From a virus, in the IMG/VR virus record IMGVR_UViG_3300035698_020096, positions 1-64,000 of that record: a DNA stretch of 64,000 bases; one strand, written 5' to 3'. Shown here in pieces: positions 46,738-55,762 of the stretch. Both the position numbers and the translations under genes were made by a program. The notes under the pieces were generated by a model that saw only the letters and a program-made list of their open reading frames with translations, had not been told where the DNA came from and searched no databases. Position 1 is the stretch's first letter, and every line of letters begins with the position of its first letter.

Positions 46738-47366
46738 TGAATTATTCAGATTGTATATATGAAGCAGTAAGAAAAGAGAATGGTAATAAATATCATGTAT
46801 CTCTAATATCTATTCTCTTTGAACCTTCTTTTCTATTAGACAATGAAACTATATTACATGACCATAGAGCTCTTTTTCCTCTATTGAGTTTAGTACCAGT
46901 TAACTTAATGATTCTTTTAACTCTTTATCTAAATGAAGATGAGGAAAGATTGTTTAATAGTTATAAGAAATCTTATGGGGAAAAGAGGGTTATATCTTCT
47001 ACTCTGGACCCCTTAACTATCATTACCCTTAATCAAAACTTTACTGGTAATCCTCATATAAATCTTCTACCCAATATCATTCAAGTATTTAGAACAGACA
47101 AAGATAGATACAAATACTTAGGCTTTCTTTTAGGTATTGATAACTTGTTGATAGATGATAGTCTTCCCTTAGTACAGAAGTTGGATTCATTAATCACTCA
47201 GGTATGCCCTACATGTGATATATCAGTTAAAGACGCTTTGTTAAGTCTGATTAGTACTAATGATAAGAAAAGGGCATTAGAGATATTAAGTAATCAAATA
47301 TATAGATATAAAGAAGATACGACTATATTTCTTATTAATAAATTGATAGATGAACTAAATGGCTAA
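46737..47366 (+). CDS. hypothetical protein
   Basis: 209 aa; TAATG coupling to the upstream gene. Confidence 0.75.
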   Translation: MNYSDCIYEAVRKENGNKYHVSLISILFEPSFLLDNETILHDHRALFPLLSLVPVNLMILLTLYLNEDEERLFNSYKKSYGEKRVISSTLDPLTIITLNQNFTGNPHINLLPNIIQVFRTDKDRYKYLGFLLGIDNLLIDDSLPLVQKLDSLITQVCPTCDISVKDALLSLISTNDKKRALEILSNQIYRYKEDTTIFLINKLIDELNG

Positions 47367-48606
47367 GTTAGACAGCAAACCAATATTACATAGATATAGC
47401 CATATAGGTGAGGAATTAAATGACCCTTATTATGAAGCTCTATGGGATAAATCAGAAGCCTCCATTCTTAGATATAAACATATACTCTTTACTATTAAAT
47501 CTAATCTAAGTAATCCTAGAGTAACTAAACTTGAAAGATTAAATAATGTAATCCATTCTTATTTAATAACGCTTTTAATTAGTTCTTATATAGGAGACCA
47601 AGGTAGAACTTCAATAACCCCTCATTTTAATAAGTTAATTAAATATAATCCTGAATTTAATATAAGAAATCTCTACCCTTCTACCCCCTATGTAAAGTCT
47701 TTAGTAGATGATAGATTATGTACCTGGGGAGGACCCTTTGGTACTATTACTTATTTCCTTCATCTAGTTCAAATGAAGAAGGAATATTTAACTCCTTCAC
47801 AAATAACTAGTTTATCTATTAGAACCTGTGTAAAGTTTAATACTCTTAATCCTAAATTTCCTATTGACTCTTTAACTGAGTACGAGGATTACATCTCTAA
47901 CTACCCTCTTCAGATATTAGAGATTGAAGATATAAAGAAAGCTTTTAATCTGTTAGATAAATTAGTTAATATCTTACCCCTTATTCTTAATTGGTATCTA
48001 GGCTCATATATGAGTAGAGGAATACCTAATCCCCCTGCTTCTCCTATCCCTAGTAGTAATGAATACGAAGCTTATAAGACTCTAGCAGACATAGGTAAAC
48101 TTTTAATGTCTAGGGGCTTAGATGGAAAGAGTGGTTTAACTTCCTATGATTTAATTCATCAATCCTTACCACCCATATGGACTTCTACTATTGAAGATGT
48201 AATAGCTATTAGAGAAAATACTTTATATGATATTAACTTCAATAATGAAACTCCTCATGAGAATCTATGTAGACAATTGATTGGTTCTATATCTAGAGGG
48301 AATCAAGGAGTAATAAGAAAAGCTAATTATCAGATACTTAATAATATGTTTCCCCCAGGAGGATATAATCTATTACTTCTGATTACAGCTTTAGCCCTGG
48401 TTAATAGAGCTTATATACTAACCTTTCCTCCTAATGAACCTACAACCCAAGATATAAATAAAGCCTTGGGTGCGATATATAAAGCAGGTATATGTTTAAG
48501 AAAGAGTAATCTAAATCATTTAATGCTTATTGGTAATAACTTGACTCAACTATCTAATAAGAGCGATAATTCCCCTATTAATATAAAGGACCCTAGGTAT
48601 GAATGA
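47359..48606 (+). CDS. hypothetical protein
   Basis: 415 aa; overlapping coupling. Confidence 0.75.
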   Translation: MAKLDSKPILHRYSHIGEELNDPYYEALWDKSEASILRYKHILFTIKSNLSNPRVTKLERLNNVIHSYLITLLISSYIGDQGRTSITPHFNKLIKYNPEFNIRNLYPSTPYVKSLVDDRLCTWGGPFGTITYFLHLVQMKKEYLTPSQITSLSIRTCVKFNTLNPKFPIDSLTEYEDYISNYPLQILEIEDIKKAFNLLDKLVNILPLILNWYLGSYMSRGIPNPPASPIPSSNEYEAYKTLADIGKLLMSRGLDGKSGLTSYDLIHQSLPPIWTSTIEDVIAIRENTLYDINFNNETPHENLCRQLIGSISRGNQGVIRKANYQILNNMFPPGGYNLLLLITALALVNRAYILTFPPNEPTTQDINKALGAIYKAGICLRKSNLNHLMLIGNNLTQLSNKSDNSPINIKDPRYE

Positions 48607-51600
48607 AGAGAAAGATGATTTACTTGAATCTGTAGATAAAGATTTAAATCAACATATAGCTATGGCTGAAGAGCTATTGGACTATACAGATAATGTAACT
48701 AATAAACAATCCGAAGCCCCCGATTTAAATAGTAAAGATGTAAGTTCAGAGGATTTAATACCAGCTAATATTCTATCTGAACCTAGATATGCTGCTTTTG
48801 GTGCAGGACCAATAGAGACAGCTCAGAATACAGTTACTGAAACTATGACTAAATCAGTAAAGAATACCTCTGATAAGGTTGAAACTGTGGCTGCCCTTAG
48901 TAGTGATAAAGCTGAGGGTTCTATTGAGGGTTCTATTGAGGATGGTTATAAATCTATACTTGCACAAGTAAATAAGGGTACTAATAATAAAGCTGTAGAA
49001 GCATTAGAAGAAGCTAAGAATAATGTAGAAGGAAGTAATGGTGTAGCTATTGTATCCAATACTGAAGTACAGGTATCTTCCTTTAATACATTCTCTATTA
49101 ATTCAGGTAGAGTAGGAACTATTCAAGCCCCTCTTTTAGTATCCCAAGCTTCTAGTAATATTGATTATTCCGAAGTAAAGACTATCATCAATAATCTTCA
49201 GAATGAGAGAAGCAGATATAGATATGCTGAAAGTGATAGAGATATTAATGTAACTAATAAGGATTTGAGAGTAGCTCAATCAAGTGAAGAAAGAGTGCTT
49301 AGAAAGAGTCTGGAAGCTGTTCAATCCTATGATGAAACCTCCAGTCTTATAGCTAGGAACAGTGAGAAGGATACAGTTATTACAGATAACAGAGAATCCT
49401 TTGTAACTCAGGATGATATTCAACAGGCTCAGAAAGGAGGTATTCATTTCGTAATAGGTAATAGTGGTACTCCTGCTAACGCACCTGCACTATTTAGACC
49501 CATTCTTCCTGGTGAATTTAATCCTATGCAACAAACTCTATGGTCTATGAAAGGAGGGAAAATAGAGGCTACATCTACCCATGAGTTTAATCTTAAGACT
49601 GGGAAGAGTAATACCACTGCTAAGAATATAGGTCTTATAGCTAAAGACAATCTTTCCTCTATTGCTTCCAATAATGGAGTATATGGGGATATGACAACAA
49701 TGATTGGTAAGAAAGCTCTTAGTACTGGAACTGACCTTCTATTTATGACTACTATGATTGGTAAGTTTACCTTTATGGGTGGCTTTTTATCTGTACTTCA
49801 TCAGATATTAGATAGTGATATATCCCGAGTAGCACAGATAATTCTACCTCGTATTAAACTACCTACTAATTTACCTATCCCTCCTTTACCTCCTAAAGCC
49901 TCCGCTTATACTGAGATTGACCTAAGAAAGTGTTTACCTAACTATGAAGACGATACCATTGCTGGGTATGAGTCAGATGATGGGTTAAGTAGACCCTCAG
50001 ACTCTCTTGACTTTAGCGGTAGTAATGATGGGGGTATAGTAACACCTACATTTGAAGAGTTGGATGACTTAAGTGGAAATACTCAATCATCTGACGGAGA
50101 TATTATTACTGGAAGTCAAGGGAATGATATGAACACTAGTAATAGGTCTGTTGGTAATTCACCTAGAGCTGAGCCTAACGCTTCCATTAATACTCCTCCT
50201 ACAAGAGCAGAAACAAGGGCTGAGTTGAACAAACAGAAAGCAGTTAATAACGAGATTATTCCTGCTTCGTCTGATAGTGGACCTCCTTCTTCTGTTGCCT
50301 GGAAGGAAGCTCAAACTAGTACTGAAAGTGTTACTACTGAAACCACTTCTTCTTCTTCTAGTACTTCTACTTCTTCTTCTAGTACTTCAGCCACCGATAC
50401 ATTTAAACAGAGTCAAGGAGGTGTTGATTTAACTCATAAGACAGCGTTTACTCCTAACACTTACTTAGAGATATACCAATTAAAACCTCTTAAGTTTAAT
50501 AATTTTAATGAACCCCCAGTTGATAATCCAAACTCTACGGTCAAAGAGGGAGTCCAAGCTATTACTATTAACTTTCTAAATGAAGAATTAAAGAAGGATT
50601 CTATTTTAACTGATATAGATAAGAAGATACTTGAAGATAAAGCTAAGAGTATGGAAGTATTTGAAGCTTTACAAAGAGGTGAGATACCTGAAGATTTAAC
50701 TGATAATCAAAAAGCATTTCTTAAGAAAGTACTAGAGTCTCTTTCTATAACTGTAGGTATTGGAGCTATATCTATCCCTGGAATTATTAAATCTTTAGTG
50801 CCTGATACTGTATCTAGATTTATAGATAAAGTTACTCAGGTAGGAGATAAGTTACTAAGTAAGGTTAATACTAATACTAATGACCTTATATCTAATTTAA
50901 AGGAAGGTAAGAAAGAGGCTCTTATTGGAATAGGTAAATCAGCTTTAAAGGGAATTCAATCAGGAGATATAACGGGTATAAAAGCGAAACTTAATGATTT
51001 GATGCTAGATATATTTCAAGAACAAGGTGGAATAGTTCCTACATTTCCTAGTGAATCAAATCCTTTAGATGGTAATGTTCTTAGAGATATAATCATTCCT
51101 CCTGATTTATATGGGGATATATCCCCTATTCTAGTTAGTTACATTCTTGAACCTGAAAGTTCTATTGAATCTATTGAGTCCTTAGTTAAAACTACTCTTA
51201 GAGATTACTTTGGAGATAAGGTTGATAATGCTGAATCTATATATAGGAAGATATCTCCTCTTATTAAGAAGGTTAAGAATGGAGATATTCTAGACCTAAT
51301 AAGTAAAGGCAATTTAAGAAATACTGTTTCTACTCTAGGAGGGGATTCTTTAGTCAATCAAGTAGATTCAGTAATAGATAATATTGAGTCTATTATTGGT
51401 ACTACTAGGTCTATTCAAGCTATACCTGCTCTTCTAAAACTAATGAATGAAGAGAAGATACCTACTTTATCTAAAGTAAGTACTATTCTTTCTTGTTTAG
51501 ACTTAGCTGATAGAATATCTGATTTAGTAGGTATAGCTAAATCTCCACTTACATATACACCTAAAGCGGATATCCCAGAGGTATTTACTTTCTTTGATGA

Positions 51601-52015
51601 AATAGAAGCTGTGGATGAAACCCTTTTTAAAGATATAGATACAGAAGAAGGGGCTGTTTCGTCTATCTATAATAATTACTCAGCTAAGTTAAATCCTTAT
51701 ATGGATACAGCTTTAGTAACTCAACAACCCACCTGCGCTCCGCCCCAAATAACTAATATTCCTTCTAATGAAATAGTTAGAACTACTAATGGGGACAAAG
51801 ACTCATCCCTAGGTTTTATTACTTATCCCAAACCCAATAAGTCTTTATCTTTAAGTGAGTTTATAACTATGGTTAAAGAAAGTCTAGTTGATACTCAATT
51901 TCTTATTAGTATTAATAGCGATACTAAAGAGCAACTAGCTCCAATAGAAAAGGATTCCTTCTTTATTAATGCTAAGAAATACCCTGATACATATCAAGTT
52001 AACATCTATTACTAA
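48599..52015 (+). CDS. large structural/baseplate-associated protein
   Basis: 1,138 aa with beta-strand-like repeats in the N-third, a Ser/Thr linker and a helical C-half; the C-terminal motif is shared with the next gene. Confidence 0.6.
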   Translation: MNEEKDDLLESVDKDLNQHIAMAEELLDYTDNVTNKQSEAPDLNSKDVSSEDLIPANILSEPRYAAFGAGPIETAQNTVTETMTKSVKNTSDKVETVAALSSDKAEGSIEGSIEDGYKSILAQVNKGTNNKAVEALEEAKNNVEGSNGVAIVSNTEVQVSSFNTFSINSGRVGTIQAPLLVSQASSNIDYSEVKTIINNLQNERSRYRYAESDRDINVTNKDLRVAQSSEERVLRKSLEAVQSYDETSSLIARNSEKDTVITDNRESFVTQDDIQQAQKGGIHFVIGNSGTPANAPALFRPILPGEFNPMQQTLWSMKGGKIEATSTHEFNLKTGKSNTTAKNIGLIAKDNLSSIASNNGVYGDMTTMIGKKALSTGTDLLFMTTMIGKFTFMGGFLSVLHQILDSDISRVAQIILPRIKLPTNLPIPPLPPKASAYTEIDLRKCLPNYEDDTIAGYESDDGLSRPSDSLDFSGSNDGGIVTPTFEELDDLSGNTQSSDGDIITGSQGNDMNTSNRSVGNSPRAEPNASINTPPTRAETRAELNKQKAVNNEIIPASSDSGPPSSVAWKEAQTSTESVTTETTSSSSSTSTSSSSTSATDTFKQSQGGVDLTHKTAFTPNTYLEIYQLKPLKFNNFNEPPVDNPNSTVKEGVQAITINFLNEELKKDSILTDIDKKILEDKAKSMEVFEALQRGEIPEDLTDNQKAFLKKVLESLSITVGIGAISIPGIIKSLVPDTVSRFIDKVTQVGDKLLSKVNTNTNDLISNLKEGKKEALIGIGKSALKGIQSGDITGIKAKLNDLMLDIFQEQGGIVPTFPSESNPLDGNVLRDIIIPPDLYGDISPILVSYILEPESSIESIESLVKTTLRDYFGDKVDNAESIYRKISPLIKKVKNGDILDLISKGNLRNTVSTLGGDSLVNQVDSVIDNIESIIGTTRSIQAIPALLKLMNEEKIPTLSKVSTILSCLDLADRISDLVGIAKSPLTYTPKADIPEVFTFFDEIEAVDETLFKDIDTEEGAVSSIYNNYSAKLNPYMDTALVTQQPTCAPPQITNIPSNEIVRTTNGDKDSSLGFITYPKPNKSLSLSEFITMVKESLVDTQFLISINSDTKEQLAPIEKDSFFINAKKYPDTYQVNIYY

Positions 52016-52037
52016 TAAAGGTGAATAAGAGTAAACA

Positions 52038-52655
52038 ATGGAAGATATAAAAGTTCAGGCCTCAGATTTAGATTTAACCTCTACTTCTTTATTAGTTAAA
52101 GATAAGTCTATACCTTTATCAGAAATACAAACAGTAATCATTACTTCCAGTACAGGGCAACCTTTATATACCTGGGTATCTCAAGATATACCTCTGACTC
52201 AAAGACCTCATGAGATAAAACCTGATGGAACTATGAGTATCACTCCCACTAATATAAGGGAGAGACCTCTTGATATCCAAGGAAATATAACTCTTCCTGC
52301 CTGTACTTTTCCTATGCTTATCAAGCAATTCCTAGATATAACTTTAGAAGCTCTGCCCATGATTACTTTTATAGATATAGCCCTAGATAATAAGAAAATG
52401 TTGGGCGTAACTCCTTATCAATTCTCAGTTATATCAGATTCTAAATTAGATATAAATGGAAGATTAATAGAGTTACAAACTATAAGAGGCATTAAGACTT
52501 CTAGTTATGAAGGAGATTTGGCCATATGGGTTAAAGAGGGTAATGGGGTTATATGGGAGTTACAAGATGAAGAAGAAGTTGATTCTTCTATTGAACCATT
52601 TATTCTCCAAGCTAAGAAATATAGCAACGACTTCTCTATAAATATTTACTACTAA
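52038..52655 (+). CDS. hypothetical protein (shares modules with both neighbours)
   Basis: C-terminus AKKYSNDFSINIYY; N-terminus similar to the 52671 protein. Confidence 0.75.
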   Translation: MEDIKVQASDLDLTSTSLLVKDKSIPLSEIQTVIITSSTGQPLYTWVSQDIPLTQRPHEIKPDGTMSITPTNIRERPLDIQGNITLPACTFPMLIKQFLDITLEALPMITFIDIALDNKKMLGVTPYQFSVISDSKLDINGRLIELQTIRGIKTSSYEGDLAIWVKEGNGVIWELQDEEEVDSSIEPFILQAKKYSNDFSINIYY

Positions 52656-52670
52656 AACCTAACTAGAACA

Positions 52671-53165
52671 ATGAGTGTATCAAAGTTAACTTTAAAACCT
52701 TCTGAGTTAAATGTGGAAGGGAGACATCTAGCCCCTTCTAACAAGCCTAAGATATTAATATCTGATATTAAGAGAATAGAAATTGTGGATAGTAATGGAA
52801 ATCAAATAGATTCTTGGGGTCCAGATATAAAAGTAAGTAATAAGCTAGAGCCTATTGAATCAAGTCTTATAACTCTAAAGCAAGGGTTACATTCTTTTAT
52901 CACGGTTATATATGAAGATAAAGGCCAGATAGCTTCAGTTAATGTAAACAAAGACCTAGGTAATCTATCCGTAATAAGTAAGGATGACGGTTCGGTTTAT
53001 TTATCTATAAATGATTCTTATCTAGACACTAATAAAGTATTCTATTTAGTTCCTACTATTGATAATAAATCAGTAGGACAATATATAACTATTACTGAGG
53101 CGTCTGTTTGTAATGGTCAGTCTCCTTTTGAGAATGCCAATTGTTATTTAGAGCAATACCTATGA
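52671..53165 (+). CDS. hypothetical protein
   Basis: 164 aa. Confidence 0.75.
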   Translation: MSVSKLTLKPSELNVEGRHLAPSNKPKILISDIKRIEIVDSNGNQIDSWGPDIKVSNKLEPIESSLITLKQGLHSFITVIYEDKGQIASVNVNKDLGNLSVISKDDGSVYLSINDSYLDTNKVFYLVPTIDNKSVGQYITITEASVCNGQSPFENANCYLEQYL

Positions 53166-53680
53166 ATTTAAAAGACATAGCAGAAGTACTAGAAACATTA
53201 CCTAGATTGATTCAAGTAATGAATACAACTCAAGTCTTATCTGATTCTGATATTAACAGATGTAAACATGCTTCTATTCTTAGATACTTAAAAGCTAACT
53301 ATTCCCGTACTTGTTTAAACTTAGATGTTCTAAATTCTCAATTAGAAGTTATTGCGTTATTAGATAGAGGATGTATTAAATTCTATTCCATTACAGATAT
53401 ATCCATTAATAGTCCGGTTAAAGTATGTATTCCCACTTACTACAGAGTTAGGGATAATAGGCCATTAGTTCCATTTAAGTCCGATAGAGAATATACTCCT
53501 ACTAATTTAGATGCTAAAGTTATAGACTTTTCTATAGACACTAAAGAAGGTATATGTAGAATAAGTCCTTTACCCCTTATCCTTAAAGATAGTTCAGATA
53601 ATGTAAGTTACGAGTATAGTACTAATGACTTAGGAGTCTTATTACTGCCTGATATTAAAGATATATATTTACTACAATGA
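53141..53680 (+). CDS. hypothetical protein
   Basis: Likely start is ATG 53162 (ATGA overlap with the previous stop). Confidence 0.7.
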   Translation: MLFRAIPMNLKDIAEVLETLPRLIQVMNTTQVLSDSDINRCKHASILRYLKANYSRTCLNLDVLNSQLEVIALLDRGCIKFYSITDISINSPVKVCIPTYYRVRDNRPLVPFKSDREYTPTNLDAKVIDFSIDTKEGICRISPLPLILKDSSDNVSYEYSTNDLGVLLLPDIKDIYLLQ

Positions 53681-53892
53681 AGATTAAAACATTTCATTTA
53701 CAAAGAGACTCAGACCCATCAGGGGTGACGGGGCTGGGAATAGTAGCTATAGGAGTACAATTTCCTAATGGTAGATGTGTAATGTCTTGGGTAGATTACT
53801 ATAGTGCCATTGGTATCTACGAAAACATTCAGCAACTAACCGCTATTCATGGTCATGGAGGTGATACTAAAGTAGTATGGCAAGAAGATTAG
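53677..53892 (+). CDS. conserved small phage protein
   Basis: FHLQRDSDPSGVTGLGIVAIGVQFPNG...HGHGG pattern. Confidence 0.75.
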   Translation: MKIKTFHLQRDSDPSGVTGLGIVAIGVQFPNGRCVMSWVDYYSAIGIYENIQQLTAIHGHGGDTKVVWQED

Positions 53893-54245
53893 ATTCTATA
53901 GCTCCCCCTAATATAGGTGCATCCGGTATAGCTTTTCTTTTATATATAAAGAACTTAACAGTTAAGGATGTAGGTAAATCGCTTTTAATTAGAGTAATTA
54001 GTAAGACTTCTACTCCTTCATTATGTGGAGATAAAGGAATAGAAGTTATTTGGGAGAAATCTATCCCTATAAATGATGACCAAATGCTAGTTCTTATAGA
54101 TAAGAAACTACATAAAGGTATCTATACCATTTCCATCAGGTATAAAAACTCAAGTGTTAATAGAACTATTACCAAATATGATTCATCTAGATTCACATTA
54201 GGTCTACCTTATTCTTCTTATCCTCCTTTTGAACTTCTTCTATAG
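53877..54245 (+). CDS. hypothetical protein
   Basis: 122 aa. Confidence 0.65.
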   Translation: MARRLDSIAPPNIGASGIAFLLYIKNLTVKDVGKSLLIRVISKTSTPSLCGDKGIEVIWEKSIPINDDQMLVLIDKKLHKGIYTISIRYKNSSVNRTITKYDSSRFTLGLPYSSYPPFELLL

Positions 54246-54249
54246 AAAT

Positions 54250-54705
54250 ATGATTGATTTAATAATACATAATGGAGACCTAGCTCTTCAGCAATCAGAC
54301 CTTACTGATGGTACTCAAGGAGAGACTAATTATCATAAAGACCTGGCTTTAAAAGGGAGAGAAGCTGTTCTAATGAACCTTCTAAGAAGAGCAGTAGAAA
54401 CCCCTATTACCCATATAGGTAGATATGTAGTAGATAACAAAGGGGTTAGGAAGTTAGACCTTAGCTATGGAAATGGTATTTATTTGGAGTTATCTGAACC
54501 AGTTACATTAGACTGGGTGAAAAGAGCTGAGGACCATATAAGAAGTGCTGTGTCCTTTCTTCCTACTGACATTAAGATTACCTCTCTTAATATCAGCCCA
54601 GATGGGTTTTATTCAGCTCGTATAGACCTTAGATATCGAATTGATGGAGGGCAAGAAACTACTCTTACATCTAGAGTTTCATTGGAGAATATAAATGCGA
54701 GTTAG
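54250..54705 (+). CDS. baseplate wedge / sheath initiator (gp25-like)
   Basis: NGDLAL...LRRAVETP...YGNGI, directly before baseplate J; ATG at 54250. Confidence 0.65.
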   Translation: MIDLIIHNGDLALQQSDLTDGTQGETNYHKDLALKGREAVLMNLLRRAVETPITHIGRYVVDNKGVRKLDLSYGNGIYLELSEPVTLDWVKRAEDHIRSAVSFLPTDIKITSLNISPDGFYSARIDLRYRIDGGQETTLTSRVSLENINAS

Positions 54706-55756
54706 AACAGTTGACGAAGTAGTAGAAGATATAAGAGGAGAGCTTATTAGATTAAGGTCGGAAATGGCTCCTTTTCTTAAATTCAGTAATCTCTATGCTT
54801 TATTTAGAGCTGTATCCTCAGTAATTACCGAACAAGATGCAAAGATACAAAACTTATCTAATGAAGCCTTTATCTATACAGCTACCAAAGACTTCCTGGA
54901 CCGTAAAGCAATGGACTACGGAATCCTTAGATTAGATGGTACTAAAGCCGTAGGTTCTATATTAATCAAGGGACCTAGAACTACTATTCCTAAAGGTCTT
55001 ATATTAGATACTCCTAATCAATATCTTCAATATGAAACTATTGAATCTACTACTAGTTTTAATGATGTAGAAATACCAATTAGAATAATGAGTTTAGCTA
55101 GAACCTCCCAAGCTAATCTCCCTTCTGGGACTAGATTATATACCTCCTTATTCCCTTCTCATTCCTTTACGGTAGGAGCATATAGAGATGGAAGCAGTGT
55201 TGCTCAAAGGGGGTTTACAGGTGGAAGTGAACTAGAGACAGATGATGAATTCAGAGATAGAATTCTATCTATTATTAAGGGACCTAATACAGGTACTATT
55301 TCTGCTATAAGAAATAGTTTAAAGACCTTACCCTTTTTAGAACGAGTGTATATAGAAGAACATTCTCCTGTATCTGGTTACTTCACAGTAGCTACTGATA
55401 TTACAGATTTAGAGAATATAAATCAGATGAAGGAACTTATTAATCAAATAAAACCTATAGGAATCTCTTATAAGATAAGAACACTTTCTTCTCAAATCGT
55501 AGATATAAATATAAGACTTAAACTTAATTCTTTAAGTCAAACTTCTACTATAGATAGTCAAATAAAGACTAATCTAAGAACACTTAATAGAGTCTTTATA
55601 CCTAATCAATCCCTAACTAAAGATATGATATCAGGAATAGTTCTTCAAGTCCCAGGAGTTCAAGGATTAGATATATTAGCTCCTATATATGATGTAACTC
55701 CTTCTAATGGTAATTTATTACAAATAGACAAAGTGGATATAAACTTTTACACCTAA
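54695..55756 (+). CDS. baseplate J-like protein
   Basis: TATKDFLDRKAMDYGI.R, GGSELETDDEFRDRI and GT..AI. Confidence 0.9.
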   Translation: MRVRTVDEVVEDIRGELIRLRSEMAPFLKFSNLYALFRAVSSVITEQDAKIQNLSNEAFIYTATKDFLDRKAMDYGILRLDGTKAVGSILIKGPRTTIPKGLILDTPNQYLQYETIESTTSFNDVEIPIRIMSLARTSQANLPSGTRLYTSLFPSHSFTVGAYRDGSSVAQRGFTGGSELETDDEFRDRILSIIKGPNTGTISAIRNSLKTLPFLERVYIEEHSPVSGYFTVATDITDLENINQMKELINQIKPIGISYKIRTLSSQIVDINIRLKLNSLSQTSTIDSQIKTNLRTLNRVFIPNQSLTKDMISGIVLQVPGVQGLDILAPIYDVTPSNGNLLQIDKVDINFYT

Positions 55757-55762
55757 TTAATC

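Noticed and set aside
34601-55756. Bacterial extracellular contractile injection system or T6SS rather than a phage
   Set aside because: Portal, prohead protease and major capsid genes are in the same transcription direction and region.
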